A stretch of DNA of 64,000 nt from an uncultured delta proteobacterium (lineage in GTDB: Bacteria; Desulfobacterota; Binatia; Binatales; Binataceae), in assembly GCA_963794325.1 (NCBI GenBank), contig CAWCDG010000004.1:1760001-1824000 (forward strand). The letters run 5' to 3'. Every line of letters begins with the position of its first letter. Within the stretch, counting starts at the first letter, position 1. The notes under the pieces are model-generated. The model worked only from the letters and a program-made list of their open reading frames with translations. It ran no database searches and was not told the origin of the DNA. The position numbers and the translations under genes were made by a program. This document shows, piece after piece, positions 1-9,118 of the stretch.

Positions 1-153
1 CTGGGAAATCACGACGACGTGGACGCAGAAGATCTGCCCGCTCCAAGAGCGGCTAGCGTGCCGCCCGGTGCGGAAGATGTCGCACCCCCCAAGCCGGCTC
101 CGCGAATGCCGTCGAGCCATCCGAGCAACGACGTCGAGGGGCCGCAAGAATGA
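1..153 (+). CDS. 3' end of a hypothetical protein (partial), possibly the anti-sigma-type partner of the DUF3106 gene
   Basis: Frame 1 is open from the window edge to TGA 151-153, which overlaps the next ATG (ATGA); Pro/acidic tail. Confidence 0.4.
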   Translation: MGNHDDVDAEDLPAPRAASVPPGAEDVAPPKPAPRMPSSHPSNDVEGPQE

Positions 154-719
154 CGCGAGGCAGGCATATCGCGAGTGCGTTGATCGTCGCGGCGTTGATC
201 CTGTTCGGAATTGCGCCGGCGACTTCCGCCCATGCGCAATCGTCACCGCCGGCGGGATCGTCGATGCCCGCGAGCGACGCCGAGCGCGCGCTCGCCGCGC
301 AGCATCCGAAGGAGTGGGCAAACCTGACGCCCGATCAGCGTGAGCGCGTGCTCGAGAATTACCGGCGATGGCAATCGATGCGCCCCGAAGATCGGCAGCG
401 CGTCCAGCAGAACTTTCAGACGTTCCGCAATCTGCCGCCTGAAGAGCGCAAGCGAGTGCTCGAAGGATTGCGGAGGTGGCGCCAGCTTCCGCAGGCACGT
501 CGCGATGAATTGCAGCACGACTATGCGCGCTGGCGCGGTCTGCCGCCGGATCAGCGCGACCGGATGATGAAGCGATATCAGCAATTCGAACAACTGCCGC
601 CGGCGCAGCGCCAACGAATGATGGCCAACTGGCATCGATGGCAACAGATGACCCCCGAGCAGCGCCGCGAAGCACGTCGCCGCCTGGGATTGTGGCGCCG
701 ACATCCGCAGCAGCCGTAG
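150..719 (+). CDS. DUF3106-like secreted helical-repeat protein
   Basis: Signal peptide (..ATSAHA), then ~18-aa repeats of the type W/F-xx-L-PP-E/D-QR-xR. Confidence 0.75.
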   Translation: MTRGRHIASALIVAALILFGIAPATSAHAQSSPPAGSSMPASDAERALAAQHPKEWANLTPDQRERVLENYRRWQSMRPEDRQRVQQNFQTFRNLPPEERKRVLEGLRRWRQLPQARRDELQHDYARWRGLPPDQRDRMMKRYQQFEQLPPAQRQRMMANWHRWQQMTPEQRREARRRLGLWRRHPQQP

Positions 720-740
720 CGGGGATGGGAAGGGGAAATC

Positions 741-816
741 ACTTGATTAAATGTGAAACCCTCCGCGGGTTTCATTTTTCACTGCTTCCGCGGCAGGGGT
801 GACCCCTGCACCCAGT
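741..816 (+). repeat. Two-hairpin dispersed repeat, family A, copy 1
   Basis: ACTTGATTAAATGTGAAACCC..GGGTTTCA..GGCAGGGGTGACCCCTGCACCCAGT; matches 57015-57083 and, core only and reversed, 29139-29163. Confidence 0.85.
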
Positions 817-961
817 GATAATCGCAAAACGGCGAGGACGCCATTTTCCTCTCAAGTTCTTTTCTTGGGTCATTCTAGTGTCGCGTCCCACAAATATCTT
901 TAAAAGTGATCTGGATCGTTCTGGACGGCCACCCAGGAGGCTTTCAAGTCTCGGCCATCCT

Positions 962-1069
962 TTCTGTTCCCCCTTTCCCACGGGAAAGGGGGTGAAGGGG
1001 ATAGGACGGGTGGAATAGTTGCCTCATATCCGGTTCCCCTTCCCTCGAGGGAAGGGGTTAGGGGTTAGG
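962..1069. repeat. Composite C/G-run palindromic REP-like repeat, family B (left arm of an inverted pair)
   Basis: Hairpins CCCCCTTTCCC..GGGAAAGGGGG and CCCCTTCCC..GGGAAGGGG plus TAGGGGTTAGG; reverse complement of 2488-2594. Confidence 0.85.
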
Positions 1070-1233
1070 TTTTTTACATCGACTGCCATGCGTGCACATT
1101 CACTTTTTGTGTCACGACTTTTTCCCTGCGCCAGCTGTAAACGATCCTTTCGCCCGCTGCGTCTTACATTCGATTCGCAAATTCATTAATCCGATTGCTC
1201 TGCAATCGACGTACAGGCAGGAGGAGTATCTGT

Positions 1234-2391
1234 ATGTTTCTATCTCTACGAAAATGGCCGGCAGCTTTCCTCGCCGCGCCACTTGCGCTTGGTCTCGCAT
1301 CGGGATTGGCCTGCGCTGAAACCTTCGACGCACCGCTGGTTCAATGCAAATCGGTCATTGCGCCATCCATGCTTACAACCTGCGCGGCGGTCCAGGATCC
1401 GCTCAAGCGCGGCGGTGCGACGATCAACGATCAAGGCGACGTGACGGTGATAGTCGCCGGCGCCGCGACCAATACTACGTATGCCGTCAGTCTCGTCTCG
1501 AACGACGGCACTCAGACAACGTCGATTGGCAATCTGAAGACCGGTGTCGCGGGAGACGGCGCGTTTCGCAAGGACGCGTTCTTCAAATTCGGGACGGTCG
1601 GCGCCGGCAACGTGGTGCTGAGCAGCGGCGGCGAGCAATTCGTCACCGGGCTGTCGATCTCGAGCAACGGCCTCGAATCGGCGCGCGATTTCCAGCCGGC
1701 GCTGGTGCGATGCACCGACGTGACGGCGCCGGGAGGTCTTTCAGGTTGCGGCAGCGATTCTTTGACCAGGGGCCGGGTCGATATTGAGAACGCCGACGGC
1801 GCACTATCGATCCATGTGATCGGCGCGCGGCCCAGTACTAGCTACACGGCTATCCTGCGAGCGCCGGGCGGCGGGACGACTCCACTAGGAACCGTTGGGC
1901 CGACAGATAAGGCGGGCAACGGCATGCTGATTGTCTCGAATGCGTTCGCGGCCGGCACGATTGGATCGGGATCGGTCGTGTTGCAGAGCAGCAGCACGGA
2001 TGAGTTCGTCTCGGGATTCAAAGTGGATCAGAAATTCGTGCGTCCGGAAGTTTCAGCGTCGAACCTGGTGCCGTGCGGAAGCGTGACCGATCCGATACTT
2101 GCGAACTGCGGCAGCGATCCGCTCGACAGGGGCGCATACGAAGTGAACGCGGCAGGCAGAGTCAACGTGAGGTTGACGGGCGCGAATCCAAGCACGAATT
2201 ACGAGTTGTTCTTCCGACCGCTCGACGATTCGGGTGACGTGGACACAGGCATTGCGATACCGACGAACGCGCTAGGCAATGCCGAGACGGGCCTGAAGAA
2301 GTTCTTCACGCCGAATACCGTCGCCTCGGGAACGTTCGTGGTGAAGTCCGGGACCTTTGACGAGTTCGTGGCGGGGTTCGAGCTGCACTGA
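1234..2391 (+). CDS. Secreted protein with three tandem ~120-aa beta-rich, Cys-paired domains
   Basis: AGGAGG RBS before ATG 1234; signal peptide; three repeats LVxC..C(GS)DxL.RG..(E/Q)FVxG(F/L). Confidence 0.8.
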   Translation: MFLSLRKWPAAFLAAPLALGLASGLACAETFDAPLVQCKSVIAPSMLTTCAAVQDPLKRGGATINDQGDVTVIVAGAATNTTYAVSLVSNDGTQTTSIGNLKTGVAGDGAFRKDAFFKFGTVGAGNVVLSSGGEQFVTGLSISSNGLESARDFQPALVRCTDVTAPGGLSGCGSDSLTRGRVDIENADGALSIHVIGARPSTSYTAILRAPGGGTTPLGTVGPTDKAGNGMLIVSNAFAAGTIGSGSVVLQSSSTDEFVSGFKVDQKFVRPEVSASNLVPCGSVTDPILANCGSDPLDRGAYEVNAAGRVNVRLTGANPSTNYELFFRPLDDSGDVDTGIAIPTNALGNAETGLKKFFTPNTVASGTFVVKSGTFDEFVAGFELH

Positions 2392-2411
2392 ATCTAAAAT
2401 CGCGCAGACTG

Positions 2412-2450
2412 GCGGGCGGCTCGAGCGAATCGAGTCGCCCGCTTCGTTTC
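2412..2450 (+). terminator. Probable intrinsic terminator
   Basis: GCGGGCGGCTCGA-GCGAA-TCGAGTCGCCCGC hairpin followed by TTCGTTTC, 20 nt after the stop. Confidence 0.55.
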
Positions 2451-2487
2451 CAGCGTGCTGTCCCGCAAATATCTTTAAGAACAGAGC

Positions 2488-2594
2488 CCTAACCCCTGGC
2501 CCCTTCCCCAACAAAGGGGAAGGGGATTTGAGGCAACAATTCCGTCCCGTCCTATCCCCCTCACCCCCTTTCCCGCGAGAAAGGGGGAACAGAA
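2488..2594. repeat. Composite REP-like repeat, family B (right arm)
   Basis: Inverted copy of 962-1069. Confidence 0.85.
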
Positions 2595-2602
2595 GGTCTC
2601 TT

Positions 2603-4135
2603 CTAAGGAGTGGATCGGTCGAGCGATCGATACTGAATCGCCTCGCTCACGTGATGCGCGGCGATCGCGGCGGAACCGTCGAGATCGGCAATCGTGCGCG
2701 AGACTTTCAGGATGCGCGTGTAGGCGCGCGCGCTCAGGCCGAGGCGGTTGATCGCCAGCTCGAGCAGACGCTCGCCGCCGGCCTCGATTTGGCAGTGCAC
2801 GCGAAGATCGCTCGCGCGCATCTGCGCGTTGCAGAAAAACGGCATCCCCTTGAAGCGCGACAGTTGCGCCTCGCGCGCACGATTCACGCGATCGCGAATT
2901 GCTATCGACGGTTCTCGCGCGACGCGGTCGGTCAGGTCCTTGTACTTCACCGCGGGCACCTCGATGTGGATGTCGATGCGATCGAGCAGCGGTCCTGAGA
3001 TGCGCGAGCGATAACGCTGAATCGCGATCGGCGAGCATGAGCATTCGTGCTGCGGGTCGGTGTAAAAACCGCACGGACACGGGTTCATCGCAGCTACGAG
3101 CATCACCGAGGCCGGGAAGGTCAGCGTGCCCATCACGCGCGAGATGGTGATGCGCGCATCTTCGAGCGGCTGGCGCAGGACCTCGAGCACGTTCTTGCGG
3201 AACTCCGGCAGCTCGTCGAGGAACAGGACACCGTGATGCGCGAGGCTGACTTCGCCGGGGCGCGGAATCGATCCGCCGCCGATAAGACCGGCGTCCGAGA
3301 TCGTATGATGAGGGCTGCGAAACGGACGCGTCGTGATCAGCGCGCGACCGTCGAGCAGGCCCATCACCGAGTGCACCTTGGTGGTCTCGATCGCCTCCTC
3401 GAAGGTCATCGTCGGCAAGATCGACGGCAGCCGCTTCGCGAGCATCGTCTTGCCCGAGCCGGGCGGCCCGATCATCAGGACGTTGTGACCGCCGGCCGCC
3501 GCGACTTCGAGCGCGCGCTTGGCCTGCTCCTGTCCTTTGACCTCGCTGAAATCGACGTCGTAAACGTTCGCCTCGCCGAACGCCGCGGTGAGATCGACCG
3601 GAATCGATTGCAGCGGGCGCAAGCCCTCGAAGAATTCGAAAGCCTCGCGCAGGCTCTCGACTCCGAGCACCGCGGTACCCTCGCCGACGACGGCGGCCTC
3701 GGAGGCATTCTCGCGCGGCAAGATCACGCCCTCGAACTTTGCGGATCGCGCGAGCAACGCAGTCGGCAGCGCACCCTTGATCCCCTTGATACGGCCGTCG
3801 AGCGCGAGTTCGCCGAGAATGAGATAGCCGCGCAGACGCGCGCGATCCTTGAGCACGTTTTGTGCGGCGAGAATTCCGAGCGCGAGTGGAAGGTCGAACG
3901 CCGAGCCCTCCTTGCGCGTGTCGGCGGGCGCGAGATTAATCGTCATCTTGCGCGTGGGAAATTCGAAGCCGGAATTTTTGATCGCCGACTTGACCCGATC
4001 GAGCGCCTCCTTGACCGCGCCTTCGGCCAGCCCGACCAATCGATGCGGCGGTATGCCGGCGCCGATGTCGATTTCGACTTCGACGGGGAACGCGTCAACC
4101 CCGACCAGCGCGCTCGATATTACGCTTGCGTGCAA
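2603..4135 (-). CDS. comM: YifB/ComM Mg-chelatase-like AAA+ ATPase
   Basis: [61 protein letters not shown]. Confidence 0.93.
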   Translation of the reverse strand: MHASVISSALVGVDAFPVEVEIDIGAGIPPHRLVGLAEGAVKEALDRVKSAIKNSGFEFPTRKMTINLAPADTRKEGSAFDLPLALGILAAQNVLKDRARLRGYLILGELALDGRIKGIKGALPTALLARSAKFEGVILPRENASEAAVVGEGTAVLGVESLREAFEFFEGLRPLQSIPVDLTAAFGEANVYDVDFSEVKGQEQAKRALEVAAAGGHNVLMIGPPGSGKTMLAKRLPSILPTMTFEEAIETTKVHSVMGLLDGRALITTRPFRSPHHTISDAGLIGGGSIPRPGEVSLAHHGVLFLDELPEFRKNVLEVLRQPLEDARITISRVMGTLTFPASVMLVAAMNPCPCGFYTDPQHECSCSPIAIQRYRSRISGPLLDRIDIHIEVPAVKYKDLTDRVAREPSIAIRDRVNRAREAQLSRFKGMPFFCNAQMRASDLRVHCQIEAGGERLLELAINRLGLSARAYTRILKVSRTIADLDGSAAIAAHHVSEAIQYRSLDRSTP

Positions 4136-4238
4136 AAATGACCTTCGCTGCTAACAGCCAGTTGACACTAGCGCAACGAGCGCCCCTGCGCGATGCATGT
4201 TATCTGGGGTACATTGTTACTTCGGTGACTGTTCCGAA

Positions 4239-4317
4239 TGTCATTCTGAAGGCCGAAGGCCGTAGAATCCCGGACTCTGTGGGCTGCGGGACCCTACCGC
4301 TTCGCTTCAGGGTGACA
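4239..4317. repeat. Palindromic repeat, family C (GTCATTCTGA..TCAGGGTGAC)
   Basis: TGTCATTCTGAAG..CTTCAGGGTGACA terminal stem; half copies at 31635-31665 and 40959-40978. Confidence 0.75.
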
Positions 4318-4326
4318 GAAAAAGGG

Positions 4327-5154
4327 CTACTCGCGCGGAGCGTGCGCGCGCATGAAGCGGCGCCAGATCTGCCGCGCATTCTGATCGTAGTCGGACATCA
4401 CATTTATCAAATTACTCAGCGCGCGCTGCGGCATCAGCTCTTCGGGCAGCACCGGGTCCAGATTGATATGCCGAATCACGTCGCGCCCGAGCACCATCGA
4501 TTCTGCTGCGGCAGTATCCAGTGGCAGGCGCTCGAGCTTGCTCTTGCTGGCGATCAATTCATCGGCGAGCGCGCGATACGTCGCGAGCATCGATGCGATG
4601 TCCCACAGTTCGGTCGCCTTCGCGCGCGCCTCGTCGTCGAGATCCTGCAAGCCCACCACCAGCGCCGCAGGATGAAGCCCCAGCGCGCGCAATTGATCGC
4701 GCAGTCCCGCCACCGAATCGCGCAGATTGTCGGGGCGAATCCACAGACCGCTTTGAAGTTCGCGAAATCCTCGCAGGCGCATCGCGCGTTCGTGACGGCG
4801 TAGCGCGGCGCGATCGCTGCGCGGGATTGCGGCGTCGAAAACGCCAATCCACGCGCCCGACCACGGCTTGGCGAGGTTGTCGAGATGCCGCCACTTGCGC
4901 ACTTCCTCGCGCATCGCCTCGCCCGACGGACTCAGCCGATAGCGCCCGCGACCGGTGTTCGCCGCGACCGATTGCTCGACCAGCCGCGTCAGTGCCATCC
5001 GCAAACTCTGCTCCGAGAATCCCAGCGCAATTCCAACGCCCGCAATTTCCTGCACCGACATCTCGCGTGGATATCGATTCGACAGGAAATCGATCACCAG
5101 CTCGCGCGCGGTGAGGTGCCGGGGTACATAACGAGGATTTGCAATCGTTGCCAT
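4327..5154 (-). CDS. PaaX-family transcriptional regulator
   Basis: wHTH SEQSLRMALTRL..GRYRLS, WSGAWIGV, GFRELQSGLWIRPDNL, DPVLPEELMP. Confidence 0.85.
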   Translation of the reverse strand: MATIANPRYVPRHLTARELVIDFLSNRYPREMSVQEIAGVGIALGFSEQSLRMALTRLVEQSVAANTGRGRYRLSPSGEAMREEVRKWRHLDNLAKPWSGAWIGVFDAAIPRSDRAALRRHERAMRLRGFRELQSGLWIRPDNLRDSVAGLRDQLRALGLHPAALVVGLQDLDDEARAKATELWDIASMLATYRALADELIASKSKLERLPLDTAAAESMVLGRDVIRHINLDPVLPEELMPQRALSNLINVMSDYDQNARQIWRRFMRAHAPRE

Positions 5155-5226
5155 TCTCTGTTACATACAGCTTCGTGAGGCAAAGATTAAACGCCCCGAT
5201 ACTTCAATGGAAGATTGGAGGATAGC

Positions 5227-6177
5227 ATGTTCCAGGCGCGTAGCGTTTTCTCCGACGACGAACTGCTGATGCTCAAGCGCAAGTCGCAGTGGCGCGCGGC
5301 GTGGATGATCTTTCACGCGTGGGCGGTGATCGCCGGTGCGATGGCGCTGTTCGTATGGTGGCCGAATCCGCTGACCTTCATCGCGGCGACGTTGATAATC
5401 GGCGCGCGGCAACTCGGGCTCGCGATTTTGTCGCATGACGCGTCGCACGGCCTGCTGTTCAGCAATATGAAGCTGAACGATTTCGCCGGCACGTGGCTGA
5501 CCGACTACGCGCTGTTCGGCGACATGTACGCGTACCGGCCCTACCACGTCGCCGGGCACCATCGGTTCACGCAACAGAAAAACGATCCGGACCTCGGGCT
5601 GACGGCGCCGTTTCCGATCACGCGGAGCAGCATGCGGCGCAAGGTCATTCGCGATCTCACCGGGCAGACCGCCTACAAGCAGAAGAGGGCGCTGATCCGT
5701 CGCGCGTTCGGAAGCGCGGATATGACGGCCTCGCAGCGGCTCGCGATGGGCTGGAAGCGGCTGCACGGCGCGATCGTCAGCAACGCAATTATTTTCGCGA
5801 TACTCGCGGCGACCGGACACTGGTGGCTATTCCCCGCGCTGTGGGTGTTCCCGTACATGACGTTCCACGAGCTGGTCGTGCGCATTCGAAGCATCGCCGA
5901 GCATTCGATGGCGCCCGACAACGACGACCCGATGCGCAACACGCGCACCACGCACGCGAACTGGCTGATGCGCGCATTCGTCGCCCCGTACTTCGTGAAC
6001 TACCACCTCGAGCATCACCTGCTGATGGCGGTCCCGTGCTACAACCTCCCGCGCGCGCATCAAATCCTGTTGGCGAAGGGCTACGGACCGCGGATGGAGA
6101 AACAACCGGGCTACGCCGCGGTGCTCGCGCTGGCAACGTCGAAGGAGGAGCTATCGCAAATCCAGGCCGCCGCGTAA
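5227..6177 (+). CDS. Membrane fatty-acid desaturase/hydroxylase family protein
   Basis: His boxes HDASH, HVAGHH, EH, HLEHH; GGAGG RBS before ATG 5227. Confidence 0.88.
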   Translation: MFQARSVFSDDELLMLKRKSQWRAAWMIFHAWAVIAGAMALFVWWPNPLTFIAATLIIGARQLGLAILSHDASHGLLFSNMKLNDFAGTWLTDYALFGDMYAYRPYHVAGHHRFTQQKNDPDLGLTAPFPITRSSMRRKVIRDLTGQTAYKQKRALIRRAFGSADMTASQRLAMGWKRLHGAIVSNAIIFAILAATGHWWLFPALWVFPYMTFHELVVRIRSIAEHSMAPDNDDPMRNTRTTHANWLMRAFVAPYFVNYHLEHHLLMAVPCYNLPRAHQILLAKGYGPRMEKQPGYAAVLALATSKEELSQIQAAA

Positions 6178-6184
6178 TCCGCAA

Positions 6185-6267
6185 AATTTCAGAATCAAAG
6201 GTCCTCCACCCGCCGCTCGAAGACGAGCGTCGGCCTCCCCCCACTAAAGGGGGAGGCAATTTCAGAA
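6185..6267. repeat. Two-hairpin REP/MITE-like element flanked by a 10-bp direct repeat
   Basis: AATTTCAGAA at 6185-6194 and 6258-6267 flanks hairpins CGCTCG-AAGA-CGAGCG and GCCTCCCCC..GGGGGAGGC. Confidence 0.7.
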
Positions 6268-6269
6268 AA

Positions 6270-7472
6270 TCAGGGCCAGACGGCGCCGTCCGCAACTAAC
6301 TGCTCGCGGGCTGATTTGCCGAGGCCTAGTAGCTCGCCGAGGACGTAATCGAAATCTTCGCCGACTTCGGGGGCGATCCTGGTGACTTTTCCTGAGCCGT
6401 TGGAGAGCTTGAAGGGGATTCCGGTGACGTGCGTCGTCGCACCTTTATTGGTCGAGACTGCGGGCCAGAAGCCGCGCTCCTTCAGTTGCGGATCGCGGGC
6501 ACAGAGATCGATGCCGTTCTCGACGACGCCCGCTGCGATGCCGGCGCGTTGCATATCGCCATCGCGTCTTCGGCGCTGTGTTCGGCGGTCCATCGCGAGA
6601 CGTTGGCGTCGAGCTCGGCGCTGTTTTGCATCCGCAGATAGAGCGTGCGGAATTTTGGGTCATGAGCCCAGTCCGGGGAGCCGATTGCGGTGACGAAACG
6701 ACGCCATTCGGGGCCGGTGCGGACGCTGATCGCGACCCATCGATCGTCGTCAGTGTCGAGTGGGCGGCATTTGTAAACGCCGTGCGGCGCTGCGGGACCT
6801 TCCTGCGAATTGTAGCCGGGCACCGACTGCGTGCGGCCGTTAGCCGAGATGTCGAGCAGCGCGGGGCCGATTACGCTCGCGACGGCCTCGAACTGCGACA
6901 GATCGACGAACTGTCCGTGGCCCGTGCGGCGTCGATGCCATAGCGCGACCAGCGCCGCGAGTGCGCCCGAGTATCCACCGACCATGTCGGCGTACGAGTA
7001 GCCGTAGCCGGCCGGCGTGCCGTCGGGCTCGGCCATCAAGTGCGTGTATCCCGTGAGCGCCTGCAGCGTCGGGCCGTAACTGACGTAGCTCGAGCGCGGG
7101 CCGGTGTGGCCGAGACCGGACATGCTGATGCAGATGATGTCGGGCTTCACCTGCTTTGAGACTTTCGTAATCCATCCCCCACATCCGCATCACGCGCGCG
7201 GAAAAATTATCCATCACGATGTCGCTCATCGCGGCGAGGCGGCGCGCCAGCTCGACGCCGCGCGGATGCTGCATGTTGAGCGCGACCGAAAGTTTGCTGC
7301 GATGCAGGTCGCATTGCAGGCCGAGCTTGCGATTGCCCATCGGCGGCGGATCCTTGCGCTCGACCTTGACGACCTGCGCGCCATGGTCGCCGAGGATGCG
7401 CGTCGCGACCGGCCCGGCGACGACCCAGGTGAAGTCGAGGATGCGCACGCCGTCGAGCGGCATCGCGCACAT
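6270..7472 (-). CDS. Family III (CaiB/BaiF) CoA-transferase, catalytic-Asp subunit; two frameshifts (~7152, ~6553), probably assembly errors
   Basis: PLDGVRILDFTWVVAGP, ISMSGLGHTGP, YSYADMVGG, GQFVDLSQFEA spread over three consecutive frames. Confidence 0.85.
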
Positions 7473-7474
7473 GG

Positions 7475-8686
7475 TCAGATCACTCCTTCGGCCGCGAGCA
7501 CGGCGATCGCTTCAGGAGCCATCGCGAGCTCGTCGCGCAGAATCTCGCCGGTATGCTCGCCGACCAGCGGCGGGCGTCGCGTCACGCGCCACGGCGTGCC
7601 GTTGAAAAGATACGGCGCGCCCGGGTAGCGGAATTTGCGGCCGAGCTCGGGATGATCGACCTCGACAAAGTAGCCGCGCTCGATGAGCTGATCGTCGTCG
7701 AACAGCGCCTCGGGCGGACGCACTGTCGCGTAGGGCTGGCGCAAAAGCTGCGCGCGTTCGAGCAGCTCGTCGCGCGGATAATCCTTGACCCAATCGTCGA
7801 GCACGTCGAAGACATGCTCGGCCATCAGGTAGCGATACATCGGCTGCTGGTAGTTGGGATCGTCGAGGTCGGCCGCTTTGCCGTCGGACTTGACCCATTC
7901 GATCAGCGACGTCCAGTCGCCGAGCGTGCAATGCATGATGTAACCGTCGCGGCATTTGCCGACGCGAAAAAAACGGCTCCAATGCAAAGTGCCGCGGCGC
8001 GGCTCGGCCTCGTTGCGCTCGAAGTATCCGCCGGCGACGTGCTCGACGGCAGCGGCGGTGGCCTCCTGCATGCTGAGATCGATCCATTGGCCCTCGGCGG
8101 TGCGATCGCGAGCAAGCAGCGCGAGCATCACAGCGATCGCGCCGAAGTATGCCGACGAATGATAGGCCTGCAAGCCGAGTGGACGCACCGGCGCGTGATT
8201 CGGGAAGCCGTTGACGTAGAGCATCCCGCCAAGCGCGGTCAGCACGGTGTCATCGGCGACGAAATCGCGATATGGGCCGGTCTGCCCGAACGGCGCAATC
8301 GAGCAGAGCACGAGCGCAGGATTCTCGCGATGGAGAATGTCCCAGCCTAGCCCGAGCTGGTCCATCGTGCCCGGCGCGAAGCTCTCGATGACAACGTCGG
8401 CACTGCGCACGAGCTGAAGCAGGAGGTCAGCGCCGCGCGAATGCTTGAGGTCAAGCGTCAGCGAGCGCTTGTTGAGGTTGTAGAACCAGAAAAACAAGCT
8501 GCGGTCGTGATGCGGCAAATCGTCGAGGAAGGGGCCGATGCGGCGCGCGTCGTCGCCGGCGACCGGCTCAACTTTGATAACGTCGGCGCCCATGTCGGCC
8601 AGAAGCCGCGCGCAAAGCTGTGCGCGATGTGCCGTCAGATCGAGGACGCGCAGTCCTGCGAGCGCGCCGGGTCCGGCTTCGCTCAT
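7475..8686 (-). CDS. Family III CoA-transferase (Asp-less subunit)
   Basis: LAGLRVLDLT, DMGADVIKVEP, NLNKRSLTLDL, PFGQTGPY, GQWIDLSMQEA. Confidence 0.92.
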   Translation of the reverse strand: MSEAGPGALAGLRVLDLTAHRAQLCARLLADMGADVIKVEPVAGDDARRIGPFLDDLPHHDRSLFFWFYNLNKRSLTLDLKHSRGADLLLQLVRSADVVIESFAPGTMDQLGLGWDILHRENPALVLCSIAPFGQTGPYRDFVADDTVLTALGGMLYVNGFPNHAPVRPLGLQAYHSSAYFGAIAVMLALLARDRTAEGQWIDLSMQEATAAAVEHVAGGYFERNEAEPRRGTLHWSRFFRVGKCRDGYIMHCTLGDWTSLIEWVKSDGKAADLDDPNYQQPMYRYLMAEHVFDVLDDWVKDYPRDELLERAQLLRQPYATVRPPEALFDDDQLIERGYFVEVDHPELGRKFRYPGAPYLFNGTPWRVTRRPPLVGEHTGEILRDELAMAPEAIAVLAAEGVI

Positions 8687-8985
8687 CGCTTTTCCGTCGA
8701 TTTTTCCGCGGCCGTCGGCGGTTCGAGTTGCTCGAGCTCTTCCTTAACCTTGGGCGGCGGCAGGTCCTCGATCGCAAACGCGCTGGTGTCGAGCGTCGGC
8801 GGGATTTCCATCAAGACTTCGTTCTTCGGCCCGGTGCGTTTGCCGCCGACGACGCGGATCGTTTCGAAGGTGTCGGGATTGACCCATCGCACGCCCATCA
8901 CGGCCGGTTTCGCCTGACCATCCTCGTCCACCGGCACGAGCGTGGTCCCTTCCTTGTCGAACATGGTTACTTTTCTAAGGCTCAT
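8683..8985 (-). CDS. Hypothetical 100-aa protein coupled to the CoA-transferase pair
   Basis: Stop overlaps the next ATG (ATGA); typical codon usage. Confidence 0.7.
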   Translation of the reverse strand: MSLRKVTMFDKEGTTLVPVDEDGQAKPAVMGVRWVNPDTFETIRVVGGKRTGPKNEVLMEIPPTLDTSAFAIEDLPPPKVKEELEQLEPPTAAEKSTEKR

Positions 8986-9076
8986 AAAATTTTTTCTATG
9001 AAAATGGAATTAGATGATGCGCGAGAAATGATATGGAGGCCGGCGTTCGGATTCAAACGGACTCAGGCCCAATTCT

Positions 9077-9118
9077 GGTTCCCCTTCCCACTATGGGAAG
9101 GGGCTAGGGGTTAGGTTT
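9077..9118. repeat. REP-like repeat, family B single unit
   Basis: GGTTCCCCTTCCC-ACTAT-GGGAAGGGGCTAGGGGTTAGGTTT, similar to 1032-1072. Confidence 0.8.
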
